Below, piece after piece: positions 11,351-26,402 of a DNA stretch of 64,000 bases (within the stretch, counting starts at the first letter, position 1; the number at the start of each line of letters is the position of its first letter). Source of the stretch: the human T2T-CHM13v2.0 reference genome, Homo sapiens. The notes below the pieces were generated by a model. The model was not told where the DNA came from. It was given only the letters and a program-made list of their open reading frames with translations, and ran no database searches. The DNA is taken from assembly GCF_009914755.1 (NCBI RefSeq), contig NC_060937.1. One strand, given 5' to 3'. The position numbers were made by a program, and so were the translations under genes.

Positions 11351-13542
11351 AGTATTAATTTGGAATCTGTCATTTAAAATCTTATTGGGAAAGGAAGAAA
11401 GAATATAATTTACATTTTATTTTGGACCTGGCTTTGTATGCTTTTGTGGCTTTTCTATTTCCACCTGGGCTATCATCCCATATACTGAAATATTAATACA
11501 ATTATAACAAAACAAAGTATGACCTGGTTTATTTGCTGACTAGCTGCAGAAGTTTGGCTCAAATATGGAGTATTTTTCAATTAACCAGAAAAAAAAGACT
11601 ATTTAAAATGGCAAGTAATTTTATAAATAATGAATTAATTTATGTTTACTACTTGTTAACGTTTTCTCTTATTTTTAAATGATTAGTTGGCTTTTATATT
11701 ATCATACAATGCAATGTTTTGATATAAGCTTTACTTATGAATTTTGTGACTTAGCCATGTTAGAACCTAGATAACACACTCTAACTAATTCTCTATGGCA
11801 CAGCTTCTCACCCTCCCATGTTTTTCAAAGAAAACTAATAAATTGACTAAATTGTGCAAAATCCATTCAAATACATTGGAAAAAATACTATTTTATACTA
11901 AGCTATTTGGTATCTATTCATTTCATTTCAACAATGAGAATAAATGAATATTTGACTCAAAGTTCAACTTCAAATCATGTGTCCACAGTAGGGTTTACCC
12001 CAAGGTATACATTCTTTCTTTTCTGCAAGTAAGAACTCTGATAGATTTAAGACATTTACTAAGTATTAAAATAAAATTATTACTTAAATCATTTGATCTC
12101 CCAGGTATTGGTAGGCAAATGCTAAACATACTAGTGTGCCTTCTAAATCCCCTTTGTTTATTTTCTTCATCTCATCAGCTGTAGACATAATTAAGCGAAA
12201 GGCTTTGCAAAATATTTTTTTCACATAATTAGAGATTAGCTTTAGTAAATCATTCCTATGTATTCTGAAATAGGCTAGTTATATTTTGTAGTCAGTGTTC
12301 AAAATAAATAAGAGCATTTCCTTTGAGTTGTTTAAATGTTACTGAAACAGTATGTCATACCTGTTTAATATATTACATCTTCAAAAGCAATGTAGAATAA
12401 TTTCTTACGGGAAATGAAAAAATAGCCTGGAAAACATAATTCTTTTTTCTATTAATTCATATCACACTAATGAATTTTAATAAAGCCTGCCTGGTTTATT
12501 AGTCATTAATAATATTTTCACATAAATAAGTTAAATATTAACAATAAGGTAGCAACATTATCACTATACCAATAACAAATTCACAGCTCTGGTTTAACAT
12601 GAGTTGCCTTTGTACACATATATATAACATGATGAAATGAAGAGAAAATTTTTCTATAAAAAAGTCAAGAAAGATGATGAGAAGCCTTCTTTTATTCATT
12701 TAATCGGTGTTTATCAAAGACTTAAGACAGAAAGCAGTTATTCTAAGTATCTTGAGCCATTCAGATTAAAGAAAAGTACTTATTTAACTTCTGTTTCTGT
12801 AATATGATAGATTGGACTATTTGGACCTATTCTCTAATTGAAAATGTATAAAATACAGTAAGATACATTTATAAAATAATTTAATATTATTAAGAAAATG
12901 AGAAAATTTCCAACCAATTACTAAGAAAAACATAGAAACCAAAGAGGAGAGCCAGGCAGAAAAGGCAGACAAGAAGTCCTGACAGCATTTGTGAATCCCC
13001 AAAGGCCTGATAACTGTGACAACCTTTCACAACAAAGAGATACGAATCAAAATTTGGGACCCATTCAAGTTGGAAGAGTTTAGAGGATATCATCTGCATA
13101 TTCAGCTGGATCTCTAAGGAGCTATACACTCAGTTTACGGGAAAAGAGAAATAAATATTCTTATTGCATCCCTACCCAGTTATTGGTATATAAGGTGGTA
13201 TGGTCATGAGTAGAACAAAAGAAGAAAAGTTGTATATATGGGCTAGTTCTCTCAAATATATGAAGACTAAATTAATAATCATGAGGTGTTCCAATAAACT
13301 GGAAAAATGAAAACCTTTTGGCTATGTATGAGCCTATTTGATTTAATCATTTCCCATCTTAGGTATCCTGGTAATGAGCTGGCTTAGCAAAAAACTTCAA
13401 CATGGAACTGATACAGGCAGTATACGCTAGGAGACTGACATTCTAGAATTAGCAAGACCATCATACTGGCCCCAAATCTCTTGCTGTTACATAACATATA
13501 GAGAGGACACTGATTTCCTCCTAAATACATAAGAGATAATCT

Positions 13543-13828
<286 letters not shown>

Positions 13829-14374
13829 CTATAATATAAAAAAAATGCAAAGGGACTAGAATAGCCAGAAACTCTTGATAAATAATGCTAAGGTGGAAAT
13901 ACTTACACTCCTAGATATTATAAATTACTTTACATACGTGCAGAACTTAAGTCTGAAGGGAACTAGTAAAAGGATAGACAATTAGACTAATCTGCAGGAA
14001 TATATCTTAGGTTAGACATAAATCATATGGGCACTTAACTTTTTGCAAAAGTTGACCACAGCAGAGCAAAGTAGCAGGAAAGAGAGAAAGAACAAACTTT
14101 TAAGTAGATGCTGCTACGTTAATAACATAATCACATAAAGAACTATGTAAATTGATACCTTACTTACAAAAAATGAAATCAAATTTTCAAGAACTAGAGT
14201 CCTAAGTTTGAATAAGAAAACAACAAAACTTAAAGAAAATGAAATATGAGACTATTTTCATGGCCTTGAAGTTAAAATGATAACTTGTTACACATTAGAA
14301 TAAGGAATTATAGTTTATCAAGTGACACTTGTTAAGAGAAATAAAAGACCAGAACATGGGTTTCACTTTCGTAC

Positions 14375-17300
14375 TAAGCAAGTCTCAATCAATTTTTAAA
14401 AATTGAAATCATACCAAACATGCTCTTAGAGCATTCATGGATATTATATAACTTGCTCCTGCATAACTCCTGGGAGAACACCAAAATTAAAGCAGAATTT
14501 TTTCCTATTAATAAAACAGGGACAAAACTTACCAAAATCTCTGGGATGCAGCTAGCACAGTGTTAAGAGGAAAGTTTATTGCACCAAATGCCTTCATCAA
14601 GGATTTAGAATGACCTCAGATTAATAATCTAACTTTTCACCTAAAGGAACTAGAAAAAGAAAGAAGAAGCCAGTCCCCAAGCTAGTAGAAAAAGCAAATA
14701 ACTAAAATTAGAGAAAAATGAATGAAATTGAGATGCAAGAACCCATACAAAGAATCAATGAAACTGAGACTTGTTTTTTTTTTTTTGAAAACGTAAACAA
14801 GATTGATAGACTGCTAGCTAGGTAAAAACAAAACAAAACAAAACAAAGCAAAAATCAAGAAGATCCAAAGAAGTACAATCATAAATGACAAAGATGATAT
14901 TACAACTGATCCCACAGAAATATAAAAGTTCCACAGAGAATACTAAGAAGAACACCATGTACACAAATTAGAAAATGTAGAGAAAATGGATAAAATCCTG
15001 GAAACAAATGATATCCCAAGAATGAATCAGGAAGAGATTGAAACCATAAATAGACCAATATCGAGCTCAGAAATTGAATTAAAAACAAAAACTAACAACC
15101 ACAAAAATAACTATGGACTACATGAATTCACAGCTCAATTTCACAAGACATTCAAAGAAGAGCTGATGCCAACGCTATTGAAATTATTCCAATAAATTGA
15201 GGAGGAGGGCTCCTTCCTAACCCGTTATATGAAGCCAGTATCAGTTTAATACCAACTGGTGGCAGAGACACGATGAAGAAATAAAACTTCAGGCAAATAT
15301 CCACAAAAACCCTCAACAGAATACTAGCAAACTGAATTTAGTAGCACATCAAAAAGTTAATACACCACAATCAAGTAGGCTTTATTCCTGGGATACCAGG
15401 CTGTTTCAACATACACGAATCAATAAATGTGGTTCACCATATAAACAGAATAAAAAAGCAAATCCACATGATCATCTCAATAGAAAGAAAAACCTTTCAA
15501 TAAAATCCAACATCCCTTCATGATAAAATCCTTTAACAGACCAGGCATTGAACAATCATATCTCAAAATAATGAGAGCCATCTATGACAAAATCAGAGTC
15601 AACAGTATACTGAACAGGCAAAAGCTAGAAATGTTGCCCTTAAGAACTGGAAAAAGACAAGATGCCCACTCTCACCACTCCTATTTAACATATTACTTGG
15701 AAGTCCTAACCAGAGCAATCAGGCAAGATAAAGAAATAAAAGGAATACAAATAGGAAAAGAAGTCAACCTATTTCTCTTCACTGATAAGATTCTATATCT
15801 AGAAAACACTAAAGACTCTACCAAAATGCAACAGAACTGATAAACTATTTTAGTAAGGTTTCAGAAAACAAAGTCGATGTACAAAAATCAGTACCATTTC
15901 TACATACCAGTCATTTCCAGGCTAAGAGTTAAATTAAGAACACAATCTGCAATAGCCATAAAGAAAATGAAATATCTAAGAATACAGCTAACAAAGGAGG
16001 TGAGAGATCTCTACAAAGGCAGCTACATAACACTGCTGAAATAAATTAGCAACAACAGAAAAAAAATAAATAAAAATCATGCTTTTGAAAAAGAATAATT
16101 AATATTGGTAAAATGGCCAAAAGCACAAAGCAATTTACAGATTCAATGCTATTGCTGTCAAACTACAAAAGTCACTCTTTACAGAATTAGAAAAAAAAAA
16201 TGATTCTAAAATCCATATGTAACTAAAAAAGAGCTGAATAGCCAAAGCAACTGGAAGCAAAAAGAACAAAGCTGGAGGCATCATACTACCCAACCTGAAA
16301 CTACATTATAAGGCCATGGTAACCAAAACAGCATAATACTCATAGGATAACAGACACATATACCAATGGAACAAAATAGAAAACTCAGGAATAAATATAT
16401 ATCAACGCAACCGTCCAATTTTCTATAAGACTGATAAAAACAAGCAATTTGGAAATGACTCCCTATTCAGTAATTGCTGCTGGGATAACTGCCTTGCTGA
16501 ATGCAGAAGAACGAAACTGGACCCTTATATTTCACCATGTACAAAAATTAACTGAAGGTGAATTAAGATTTTAAATGTAAGACTATAAAAAACTTTAAAA
16601 AACTATAAAAACTCTATAAAAATTATAAGAAATAGCCTTCTTGACATCAACCTTGGCAAAGAATTTTTGACTAAGTCCCCAAAAGTAATTGTAACAAAAA
16701 AAATTGACAAGTGGAACCTAATTAAACTAAACAGCTCTACACAGTGAAATAAGCTACCAAGAGAGTAAACAGACAACATACAAAAAGGGTGAAAATATTC
16801 ACAAACTATGCATCCAACAAAGGCTTTACATGTATAAACTATTAGGAACTTATATAAACGAGCAAAAAAACCCAAATAATTTCATTTAAAATGGGCAAAG
16901 GACATTAACAGACACTTCTCAAACAAAGACATAAAAGCAGTCAACAAACATGAAAAAATTCTCATCATCACTAATTGTAAGAGAAATGCAAATTTAAACC
17001 ACAATGAGACATCATTTCACACCATTCATAATGCCTGTTATTAAAAAGTTAAAAAACAACATGCTAGTGAGGGTGTGAAGAAAAGGGAACAAATAAATGT
17101 ACACTCTTGGTGATAACATCAATTTCTTCAGCCACTATGGAAATCAGCTTGGAGATTTTTCAAACAACTTAAAACAGAGTTACCATTCGATCCAACAATT
17201 CCATTACTGGGTATATACCCAAAGGGAAATAGATCATTATACCAAAAAGACACATCCACTCCTAGGTTCATCACTGCACTATTCATAATAGAAAAGACAT

Positions 17301-17689
17301 GGAATCAACCTAGATGCCCATCAGTAATGGATTAGATAAAGAAAATGTGGTACTTATATACCATGTAATATTACACAGTCATAACAAAGAGAAAATCATG
17401 TCTTTTGCAGCAACATAGATAGAGCTGGAGGCCATAATCCTAAATGAATTAACGCAGGACCAGAACACAAAATACTACATGTTCACACTTATGAGTGTGA
17501 GCTAAACATTGGGTAAACATAAATATGGGGAAAATACACACTAACACTACAGACTAGAAGAGAGTGGGGGGGGGGTTTAAAAAACTATCTATTGGTACTA
17601 CACTTATTACCTGTGAGCAATATACTCATGTAACAAACCTGCACATGTATGCCCTGTATCTAAAATAAAAGTTTTTTTTAAAAAAAAAA
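14375..17689 (+). mobile_element. L1 (L1PB-like), 5'-truncated: ORF2 (EN end, RT, C-terminus) plus 3'UTR
   Basis: ORFs 14986-15195 (MDKILET...MNQEEIETINRPISSSEIE) and 15520-15840 ([11 protein letters not shown]...[21 protein letters not shown]) are L1 ORF2p. 3' end AAACCTGCACATGTATGCCCTGTATCTAAAATAAAAG. Confidence 0.95.
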
Positions 17690-17694
17690 CATTC

Positions 17695-18110
17695 ATTTTA
17701 TCTTTGTTACTTTATTATTTCAGTTTGTTTTAGTTTTTTTGTGGTTGTTATTTTCTTTTATCATCTCATAAATTCTTTGGGATTTTTGGATCTGTGGTGT
17801 TATAGCCTTCATTAACTTTTAGAAACTGTCATCCATCATTTTCTGAAATAGTCTTTTACCACATTCTTTCTCTGGACTTCTGGAATTTTGATTACATATG
17901 CATTAGTCCATTGAAAATTGTCCCACAGTTCTTGGATGCTGTCTTCTGTTTTTTTGTATCTTTTTTCTACTTTTTTATATTTTTGTGTTTTTCAGCTATT
18001 TTTAATCTGTATAATTTCTATTGACAATCTTGAAGTTCACTGATTGTTTCCTCAGTTATGAACAATCTAATAAATCTAAAAAACGTTCATTATCTTTGTT
18101 ATAGAATTGA
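17695..18110 (-). mobile_element. Old L1M ORF1-region fragment
   Basis: T-rich 'TTGTCCCACAGTTCTTGGATGCT...AATTTCTATTGACAATCTTGAAGTTCACTGATT'. Confidence 0.6.
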
Positions 18111-18685
18111 AGGATTATACATAAAAAATGAAAACTACATAGAATTTACTTTTATGTAACACATGCTTTCCTTATTTAACCAAATGTGAAAACTTCCTTC
18201 TGGTTTTAGGAAACAGACCAGCCTTAAGTAAAATAATGCTAATCAAGAATTTCAGTAGAGTGGAAAGGTAGGCTGAAATCTTCTGCAATGAAGAGCAAAG
18301 CCTCCTCCATTATACAATGTTGAGGAAAAAAAAAAAACGCCTTTCTGAAATAGGGCCTCAGACAAAACAATTGCTGATCTTTCAATAGGTATTTAACAGA
18401 GACTTTAGGTGAGGTGAGTGGTAGGTTGAAGGAGCAAGGAAATTCTGGAAATAATGACTATAACTTCAGAAGTCTTTCAGAACTGGGAAGACAAATAATT
18501 TTCTGACACCTTTTCGAATGTGATGAGGGTCATACCAAGAAACAAGGAAAAACCAGAGATGATTTGAGTCTTACTGAAACTGAAACATTGCCTTGACCTA
18601 GTCTAATACCTATTGATAGAATGGATTAATTATTTACTCTATCTGTTTTAATTGTATTTTTTCACAATATTAAAGGAAATGAAAC

Positions 18686-19168
18686 ATTTGACCCTTGAAT
18701 GGCATGAAGCAGCACTGACCCCAAACACAATAAAAAATCCACCTACAACTTTTAATTCCTCAAAAGCTTAACTACTAATAACCTACTCTTGACCAGAAGC
18801 CTTACCGATAACACAAACAGTTGATTAACACTTATTTTGTACGTTATATGTATTATATACTTTATTCTTACAATAAAGTAAGGTAGAGAAGAGAAATGTT
18901 ATTAGGAAAATCATAAGGAAGAGAGAATATATTAAGTAGAAGTGGATCATGATAAGGTCTCCATCCTTATTGTCTTCACGTTGAATGGGTTGAGGAGGAC
19001 AAAGAAGAGGGGTTGGTCTTGCTGTCTCAGAGATGGCAGAGACACAAGAGGTGGGAGAGGCAGAAGGGAAGGTAGGAGAAGTAGGCACACTCATTATAAC
19101 TTTTACTGAACGAAACTGCATATAAGTGAATCTGCATAGTCAAACCCATGTTGTTCAAGGGACAGCTG
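18686..19168 (-). mobile_element. Tigger2-derived non-autonomous DNA transposon (Tigger2a-like)
   Basis: TIRs CATTTGACCCTTGAA... / ...TGTTGTTCAAGGGACAGCTG followed by TA. Internal AACTACTAAT..CTACTCTTGACCAGAAGCCTTACCGATAAC. Confidence 0.85.
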
Positions 19169-19174
19169 TACTAA

Positions 19175-20420
19175 CAACCTTTTGTAAAAAAAACTTTTCC
19201 TGAAAAAGAGAAATGTGAACACTTATAAATTGTTTTATGAAGGCAGCATTAATTTGATGCGTACCTTAGAACATTTTATGAAAGAAAAATTATAGGCCCT
19301 TTGATATAAAAGTGAATAATAAACAAAATAGCCAATCAAATAAGTGAATATATACCATGCCTAAATAATTAAATGAGATTTTGCCAAAATGAAAGATTAA
19401 TTTAACATTTGAAAATCAAAAACTGTAATCCAAAACACAAACAGAATAAGGTAGCAGCATTCATTCTAATAGGCACAAAAAAAAAATCTGAAAAAATAAA
19501 ATATAAGAATTCTCAAGAAATTATAAAAAGAGAAACTCTTAATATAATAAAGGGCATAAGAAAGAATCATTGTATATGTTTCATATAATTTAAATTTTAC
19601 ATAGATATATATTTAAAATATAGAAGATTGTATACTAAGGTTGTTAAAAGTAAATCCTCAAGAAAATACAAAGAAAAGCTTTAGATTGAAGAAGATATTT
19701 ACTGTAGATATCCTAAAAGAAATCACATTCAGAATATATTTTAAACACTTTAAAAATCAATAATAAAAAGATTTAAAATAATAGAAAATGAATAGAAAAA
19801 AATTCACAAAATACCCAAATTGCCAATACATTTACACGAAGGTGATCGACTTCATTAGTAATCATAACTCAGTGACGCTCCACAGTCATCACATGGATAA
19901 AGTGAAAAAGACAGAAAACAGAAAGTTTTAGCAATGATGTGGACCCACTGAAATTTTTATTTACTGCTGATGGAGTCTTGATTGTTACAACTATTTGGAT
20001 AAATTCTCTGGCATTATTTTTCTAACTTGAATTTGTGTATACCATGTGATCTATTAATTACATTCCAAAAAGTGCAATACAAATATTATATGTGTGTGTT
20101 AATCAAAAGACATGCACTAAATTGTTGTTTGTGATAATAATTAGTAAAAATCAATAATTGCAAATATCCAAATACCCATTAGCAGAGGAATGAATAAATA
20201 AATGGTCTTATATTCAGAGAAGTAGACATATAGCATTGACAATATCAAAAGACATGCACTAAATTGTTGTTTGCAATAATATTAGTGAAAATCAATAATT
20301 GCAAATATCCAAATACCCATTGGCAGAGGAATGAATGAATAAATGGTCTTATATTCACAAAAGTAGACATATAGCATTGACAATTAACAATATACAACTA
20401 CAAGAATAAGATAGATAATG
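19175..20420 (+). mobile_element. Ancient L1 (L1ME-like) ORF2/3' fragments
   Basis: Degenerate 'TTTTATGAAGGCAGCATT', 'CATTAGTAATCA', 'AGCAATGATGTGGA', 'CCAAATACCCATTAGCAGAGGAATGAATAAATAAAT'. Confidence 0.65.
20102..20384 (+). repeat. Tandem duplication, 2 x ~142 bp
   Basis: ATCAAAAGACATGCACTAAATTG...GCATTGACAAT occurs at 20102-20243 and 20244-20384. Confidence 0.95.
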
Positions 20421-21316
20421 AGAGACAAACTTGATGGTCCCAGAACTTCATTTCATTCCTTTTTTTGTTCACTTAGAGAGCTGACCCAGCTGAACTAATG
20501 TCAGCATTCTTGTCTGGTAGGACTGTTGCCAGGACCTTGCTATGAATTCCCTGACACTCAGTATGCATACTACCAAAGCACTGTTTTTGAGCCAGAGAAC
20601 CTGTGCTACACGTTTTGTTTCTAGGTGTTGTCTAAGCCTTTATTAGCCCACTAACTTATAAATATGTACTGTAGTGTCTGGGCGAGGCTAGCTCTTATTC
20701 TTGGAATATTTATTGCCCCTTTCAGCCAGGATGTTGGCCATGATAGCATGGACTACTCTGCCAAACCAATGCTGTGGAATGATCAGAGTTCAGGGAAACA
20801 CAGACACTCTAGTACTTCTCTGTTCTTTAGCTCCCCATCCCTATCTGCTGTATCAACCCTCCAAAATCTGTTATATCTATAGTGTGTGCTGACTTCATTG
20901 AGGAGATGGTTAGCTATTAGAGTGCTGGACAAAGTTGAAATTAAAAATTTGCAACTGCTCTGAGCACTTACAAATTTAAGTTTGTTAAATATTCTAATAT
21001 TTGTTAGTTGGGAAAATGGGTAGATTTACTAATTCAGTACATATTAATAGAATATCTGGACTCTCTTGAATACAGGCTTCCAACAGAGACTTGCACAGAT
21101 CAGTGGGCATCTGCCTATCTATTTCAGGCTGTCTCTAAGATGCATGTTGAGCTTGAAAGAAGCAGCTTTCTCATCATATGGAGAAAAGTTTGTGTTGTTC
21201 TTTGTCAATTACTTACTGTGCCACCTTGTTAGTGTTTTCCTCTTTTTTTGCACTAGATTATCTAATTTTTGAATTAATAGTACCTTGTTTTAAAATAGTG
21301 CTAAAGAAATTAAATC

Positions 21317-21624
<308 letters not shown>

Positions 21625-23739
21625 TCAACTATTATTTATAGGACATGAATTACTTCCAGTGCCCCGAAAGTGCTTCAAAATGATAAATGTTTGCAAGAGG
21701 ATTGACAAATTGAGAGTACTGCACATTACATGCTGTACCCATTATATCTAAGATATTAAAATATGTATTATTAAATAACCTTTATGTTAGCTTGGAAACT
21801 AGTAAAGGCACTTACTATATTAATACTGGATATGACTCAAGCAATTATGATAGCAATATGTGTGTGAAAGGGAATTATGCATTAACTACTATAAGCAATG
21901 GTTTAAAGGTAAAAACAACAGTCGCTACTTTATAGAAATATAATATTCATAACTTTTTGAGGGGAATAAAAATATTCTATTATAATCTTCATTTAAAAAT
22001 GAGTCCGTGTGAATGCTCAATATACAACTTAGTTTCATCTACCTTTAAAATATTGACAATTGCATCGAATTAATTGCCATATAATAGTCTTTGCTAGGCA
22101 AACTTCATTCACCTTGAATAACTTAAATATATATTTTAAAACAAAAGTTTGAAGTTCTAGCATTGCTAATATTTAGAAAAATAAAACATGAAAAAAATGA
22201 GATTAGCCTAAAAAACCTGAGCATGTAGCTAAAATTAAATATGCAAATTAATTAATTTAAGAAGAATGTAGTGTGTCAGGCTGTTGTATGAAATCTGTAA
22301 GTATTCACAGAACAAAAAAATAATTTTCTTGTTAGCAAAGTTTTACTCAAAGATGGCCACAGATGAAAAATAAATAAGCAACATTCAGGAAATCAAAGAA
22401 AGATGTTTCATAATTTACAAAATCAACTGCTGTGTAATTATACCCTTTTCACTTATAAAATTGATTTATTAACTGTAGAATAGATTATAAATAACATTTT
22501 TATTATTCTCAGTTCATATATGTAGAGTATAAATTCAAAATCTTAACATTCTGTTTGATCTATTTTAATAATAAAAGCATGGCAGCAAGATTATAAATTT
22601 GATTAGTATAAATTAATCATAAAAACAATATAGAATAATCTAATACAACCAAAAAATCACTTATTGTGGAATATAAACAAACAGAAGTTCTTATTTACTC
22701 TTCAATGAGACAATTATAATATTTTTATATACCTATTCATTGGGTGCTTTACTACCCAGAGGTTTGCTTAGCAATTTTACCCCTAATTTGTTTATTGAAA
22801 TCCACGTAGTGTTTTAGTAGCAAAATTTGTTCAAATTATAATTTGTAAAATATACAGATAATCAGCAATGTATTCATTTTCATAAATTTTATCTCAATGT
22901 TTTTTTCTGTCACATTTCAGTACAGAAATAATTTAAAGCTTACTTTATCATAAATTAAAGATAAAACCTCTAGAGGAATAGAGGAAGGACAGTGATTGAA
23001 GGATATTCTTAATTCTAAAAATTTTTTAATCCTCTGTATCCTTAAATTTTTTTACCTTCAAGTCATGACATAAAAACTCATTTGTTAATTCAAATGTTTA
23101 CTTGAAAGTGGCAATTTAAAACAAATGTTTTTCTGTAGTTATATGAAGATTGGTTAGAAGATTTTATTAGGAAATTTGATATTATGAATGAGATTGGTAC
23201 CAAAATTGAAGGCAGTCTTCATTGTATGATGATTTTAATGTTTTAATTAGGTTGAAATTAATGATCAATGGAAATGTATTAAATTAATAAAAGCTAAATA
23301 TTGATTTGTGCATTATTACAGCATTGAGGTTATATTAAATTAAATATTTGAATTATGATTGCTTAGATATAATGTTCAGACATAGGGATATCATAAGATA
23401 ACTCATTTATTTAATAACTCAAACACTGCTATGTGTCATAATTTCTATCCTTTTTACTTGCAATAAAGACATTAAACATATATAATGAAAATAATATATT
23501 TTTCAAATGTATGTGTATCTATTTAAATAAAATAGACCAATCTTTAATAATAGTAAACATATAGAAAGACATTTTGAAAATATGTAAGAAAATAATTTGT
23601 ATCACCTCTTTTTATTTAAATACTGGAATTATTTAAATGGACAAAGTATCACAGATAACATCTATTTCAACCACACGAATTTAGAGTTGAATTTAAATAC
23701 GCATATGAATAATCTAACATAAAGCATCACTCAACTCAC

Positions 23740-24600
23740 AACTTATTTATTGAATCCCAACATTCTTCCCAAAACTATGCTAGATGTGGTATCTGTCCTG
23801 ACAAATAAGAACAATGTATATTATTAAAAGATATACATGTTTAAAATAGTGACTTTTGATTCTGATTGAAGCTGATAGAAAAGTTTTCACAGAAAAGTTC
23901 AAATTTGAGCTGGGCCTATAAAGATGTGAAATACATGTGATGAATGTAAAAAGTGAAATGTAAACCAGACCTTAGGAATAGTACAAGCAAAGGTAGGGAA
24001 ATAGAAAAAGTCTAGATTATGTGTGCAAAATAAGTAGTAGTTCATGAGACGATTAAGGTATGTGTGTAGATTGGGAGTAGAAGAGAAGGCAAATACTAGG
24101 CAGTGAAAGGATCACAGTAAACATTGACTGTGAAGCTAACAGTTTTAAAAATTTTGTTCTACATTGAATGAGAATCCAGTGGATATTTTTGACAATGGTG
24201 GATTAGTATCATTCATTTCACAGCACTAAATAGCAAACAATAAAGTTGAGGGGAATTTTTATAACGCTCTTTAAAAATGCAAATAAATGGTATCTTAAAA
24301 GGATCTAATCTTAGTTGACAGTAACAAAAACGGAAGTTAAATTAGGGGCCAAAGAGATATTTCTCAGGAAGAATTAAAAATGTGATGCTTAAATATAAGG
24401 GACTGATCAGAGGCTAATGTCAATATTGTAATATGTTAATGCACGGTAGTATTACTGTTAAAAAGGAATCGAGAACGCAGGAGAAGAAAACATTTATCTG
24501 GAGGAAATAAATAGAGGATGTTTAGAAAGTAGTCGAATGGGCAGATGATTCTATGTAACTGAGACTCTTGAAGAGACCTTGACGTGGAAATGGAGTATTT
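23740..24600 (-). mobile_element. Highly degenerate L2 fragment
   Basis: 'TTATTTATTGAATCCCAAC...AACTATGCTAGATG', 'TTTGAGCTGGGCCT', 'TTTTGTTCTACATTGAATGAGAATCCAGTGGA' resemble the antisense L2 3' region. Confidence 0.5.
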
Positions 24601-24614
24601 TGTGTTCAGATATT

Positions 24615-25007
24615 TGCATTAGTTTGCTTGAGCTGCTATAATAAAACCACAAACTGGGTGTCATAAAAAACAGAAACCTATTTTCTCACAGTGCTGAAGG
24701 CCAGAACTCCAAGAGCAAAGTGCACTCAGATTCAATTTCTGGCCGAGGCTCTCTTCCTAGCTTGCAGATTGCTGCCCTTGCTCTATCCTTACATGGTCTT
24801 TTCTTTGTGCAACATCAGAGAGAGGAAGATTTCTAGTGTCTCTCCCTCTTCTTAAAAGGATATCAGTCTTATCAAATTAGACCCTCACCCTTATGATCTA
24901 ATTTTACTAATTACCTCCTTAAGGAATCTAGTACCCAAATAAAGTCACAATGGGAGTTAGGACTTCAACATATGAATTTTGGGGGGCCCACAGTTGAGTC
25001 CATAATG
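24615..25007 (-). mobile_element. MLT1A-type MaLR LTR
   Basis: TGCATTAGTTTGCTTGAGCTGCTATAA...AACCACAAACTGGGTG...GTTAGGACTTCAACATATGAATTTTGGGGG. Confidence 0.88.
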
Positions 25008-25376
25008 GTTTTATTTAAAACCATGGAAAGAAATAAAATAATTTGTAGAATTGTGGGTAAAGAAGAGGAAAAAAAAGGTAGATGATTGTAGAGTATGAAG
25101 TTGAAATACCTCACAAAACATACAAGGAAAAAAAAAGTTTTTTTTTTGTTTTGTTTTGTTTTTCCCTAAGGTCAGGAGCAGGACAAATAATGTCTGTTCT
25201 TACCTATTCATTGCAGCATTGTGCTGGGAGTTCTTGATAGTGCATTAATGCAGAAAAAAATAAAAGAAAATAGATTGGAAAGGAAGAATGAAAAATATTC
25301 ACAGAAAGCATGATCAGGAAATAAGATTCTAAAATTACATATAAATTTTCTAAAAGATATTTAAAGAAAGACGGGT

Positions 25377-25501
25377 GCTATAGTCTGAATGTTTATGTCC
25401 CATCAATATTCACATGTTGAAGTCCTACTCCCCACTATGATGGTACCAGGATGTGGGGCCTTTTGGGAGATAATTAGGTCTTAAAAGCTCTGCCCTCATG
25501 A
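25377..25501 (+). mobile_element. MaLR LTR 5' fragment (MLT1A/MST-like)
   Basis: TGCTATAGTCTGAATGTTTATGTCCC...CACATGTTGAA...GGGGCCTTTTGGGAGATAATTAGGTC. Confidence 0.75.
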
Positions 25502-26302
25502 ACAAAATTCAGCATAAAACCTGTCAGTAAACTAGGAAAATATGTATACCTCTTCAATCTGACAGAGATAGCTATGAAAATATCACACAGTACTTAATCA
25601 TGAAAAGCCAAATGCTTTCCTTCTAGGGTCTGGAATGAGACAACAATGATTTTTTTTTCCAGTCTTTCATTTAAGCAATGAAGTGGGAGTCTTAGTGTAT
25701 TAATGTAGAAAATGAAATTTAAAAAATATTTAAAGTGTATTCCACATAATACTATTGAATGGTGGCTCCTATTCCTACCACAAAGAAACTAGTGTGCCTC
25801 GAATGCAAATTTGATACTTCACAGCTAAGTATTCAGTTCCTTTATCTGGCTCTGAAATCCAGCCCTCCATGGTATTTGTGGGATGCCCTACAATGAATAC
25901 TGGACTGAAAACTTGTCACTAACATTGTATCCATCAGATTTCCCCTGTTAACATTGCTCCAGTGGTTGTTGGTGTATAGGCTTCTTTGTCAATTCCTTTA
26001 TTGACATTAGAAATAGAATGTTCAAAACTATAAAATAACTGATATAGAAGTAGTCTCATCCAGAAAGTAAAATGTTTTTAAAAAATTAATCAAGTCTATT
26101 CAAATAAAAACGAAAATACTTTTTGTAAAATCAAATTCTCAAAAATAACATTAGAGAGATTTAGAGCAATTTCTTTAGCTGGAATTAAGAAAGGTGTCAG
26201 AGTTTTCAACCTCTTCTTAAAAAAAATAGTATTAGATGGTGTTACAAGGTAATTGCACCTAAGTGTCTGAGACAAATGATGCCAGTGATAAACACTTCCA
26301 AA

Positions 26303-26402
26303 AAATTGGGCTGATGAAATAATCTGTACGACAAACCCCATGACACAAGTTTACCTATGTTAACAAACCTGCACTTGCACCCCTGAACTTAAAAGTTAAA
26401 AA
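26303..26402 (+). mobile_element. Short L1PA (old) 3' end
   Basis: GATGAAATAATCTGTACGACAAACCCCATGACACAAGTTTACCTATGTTAACAAACCTGCAC...CCCTGAACTTAAAAGTTAAAA. Confidence 0.85.

Noticed and set aside
16580-16630. AAACTATAAA-type short repeats
   Set aside because: Ordinary slippage expansion of an L1 ORF2 motif.
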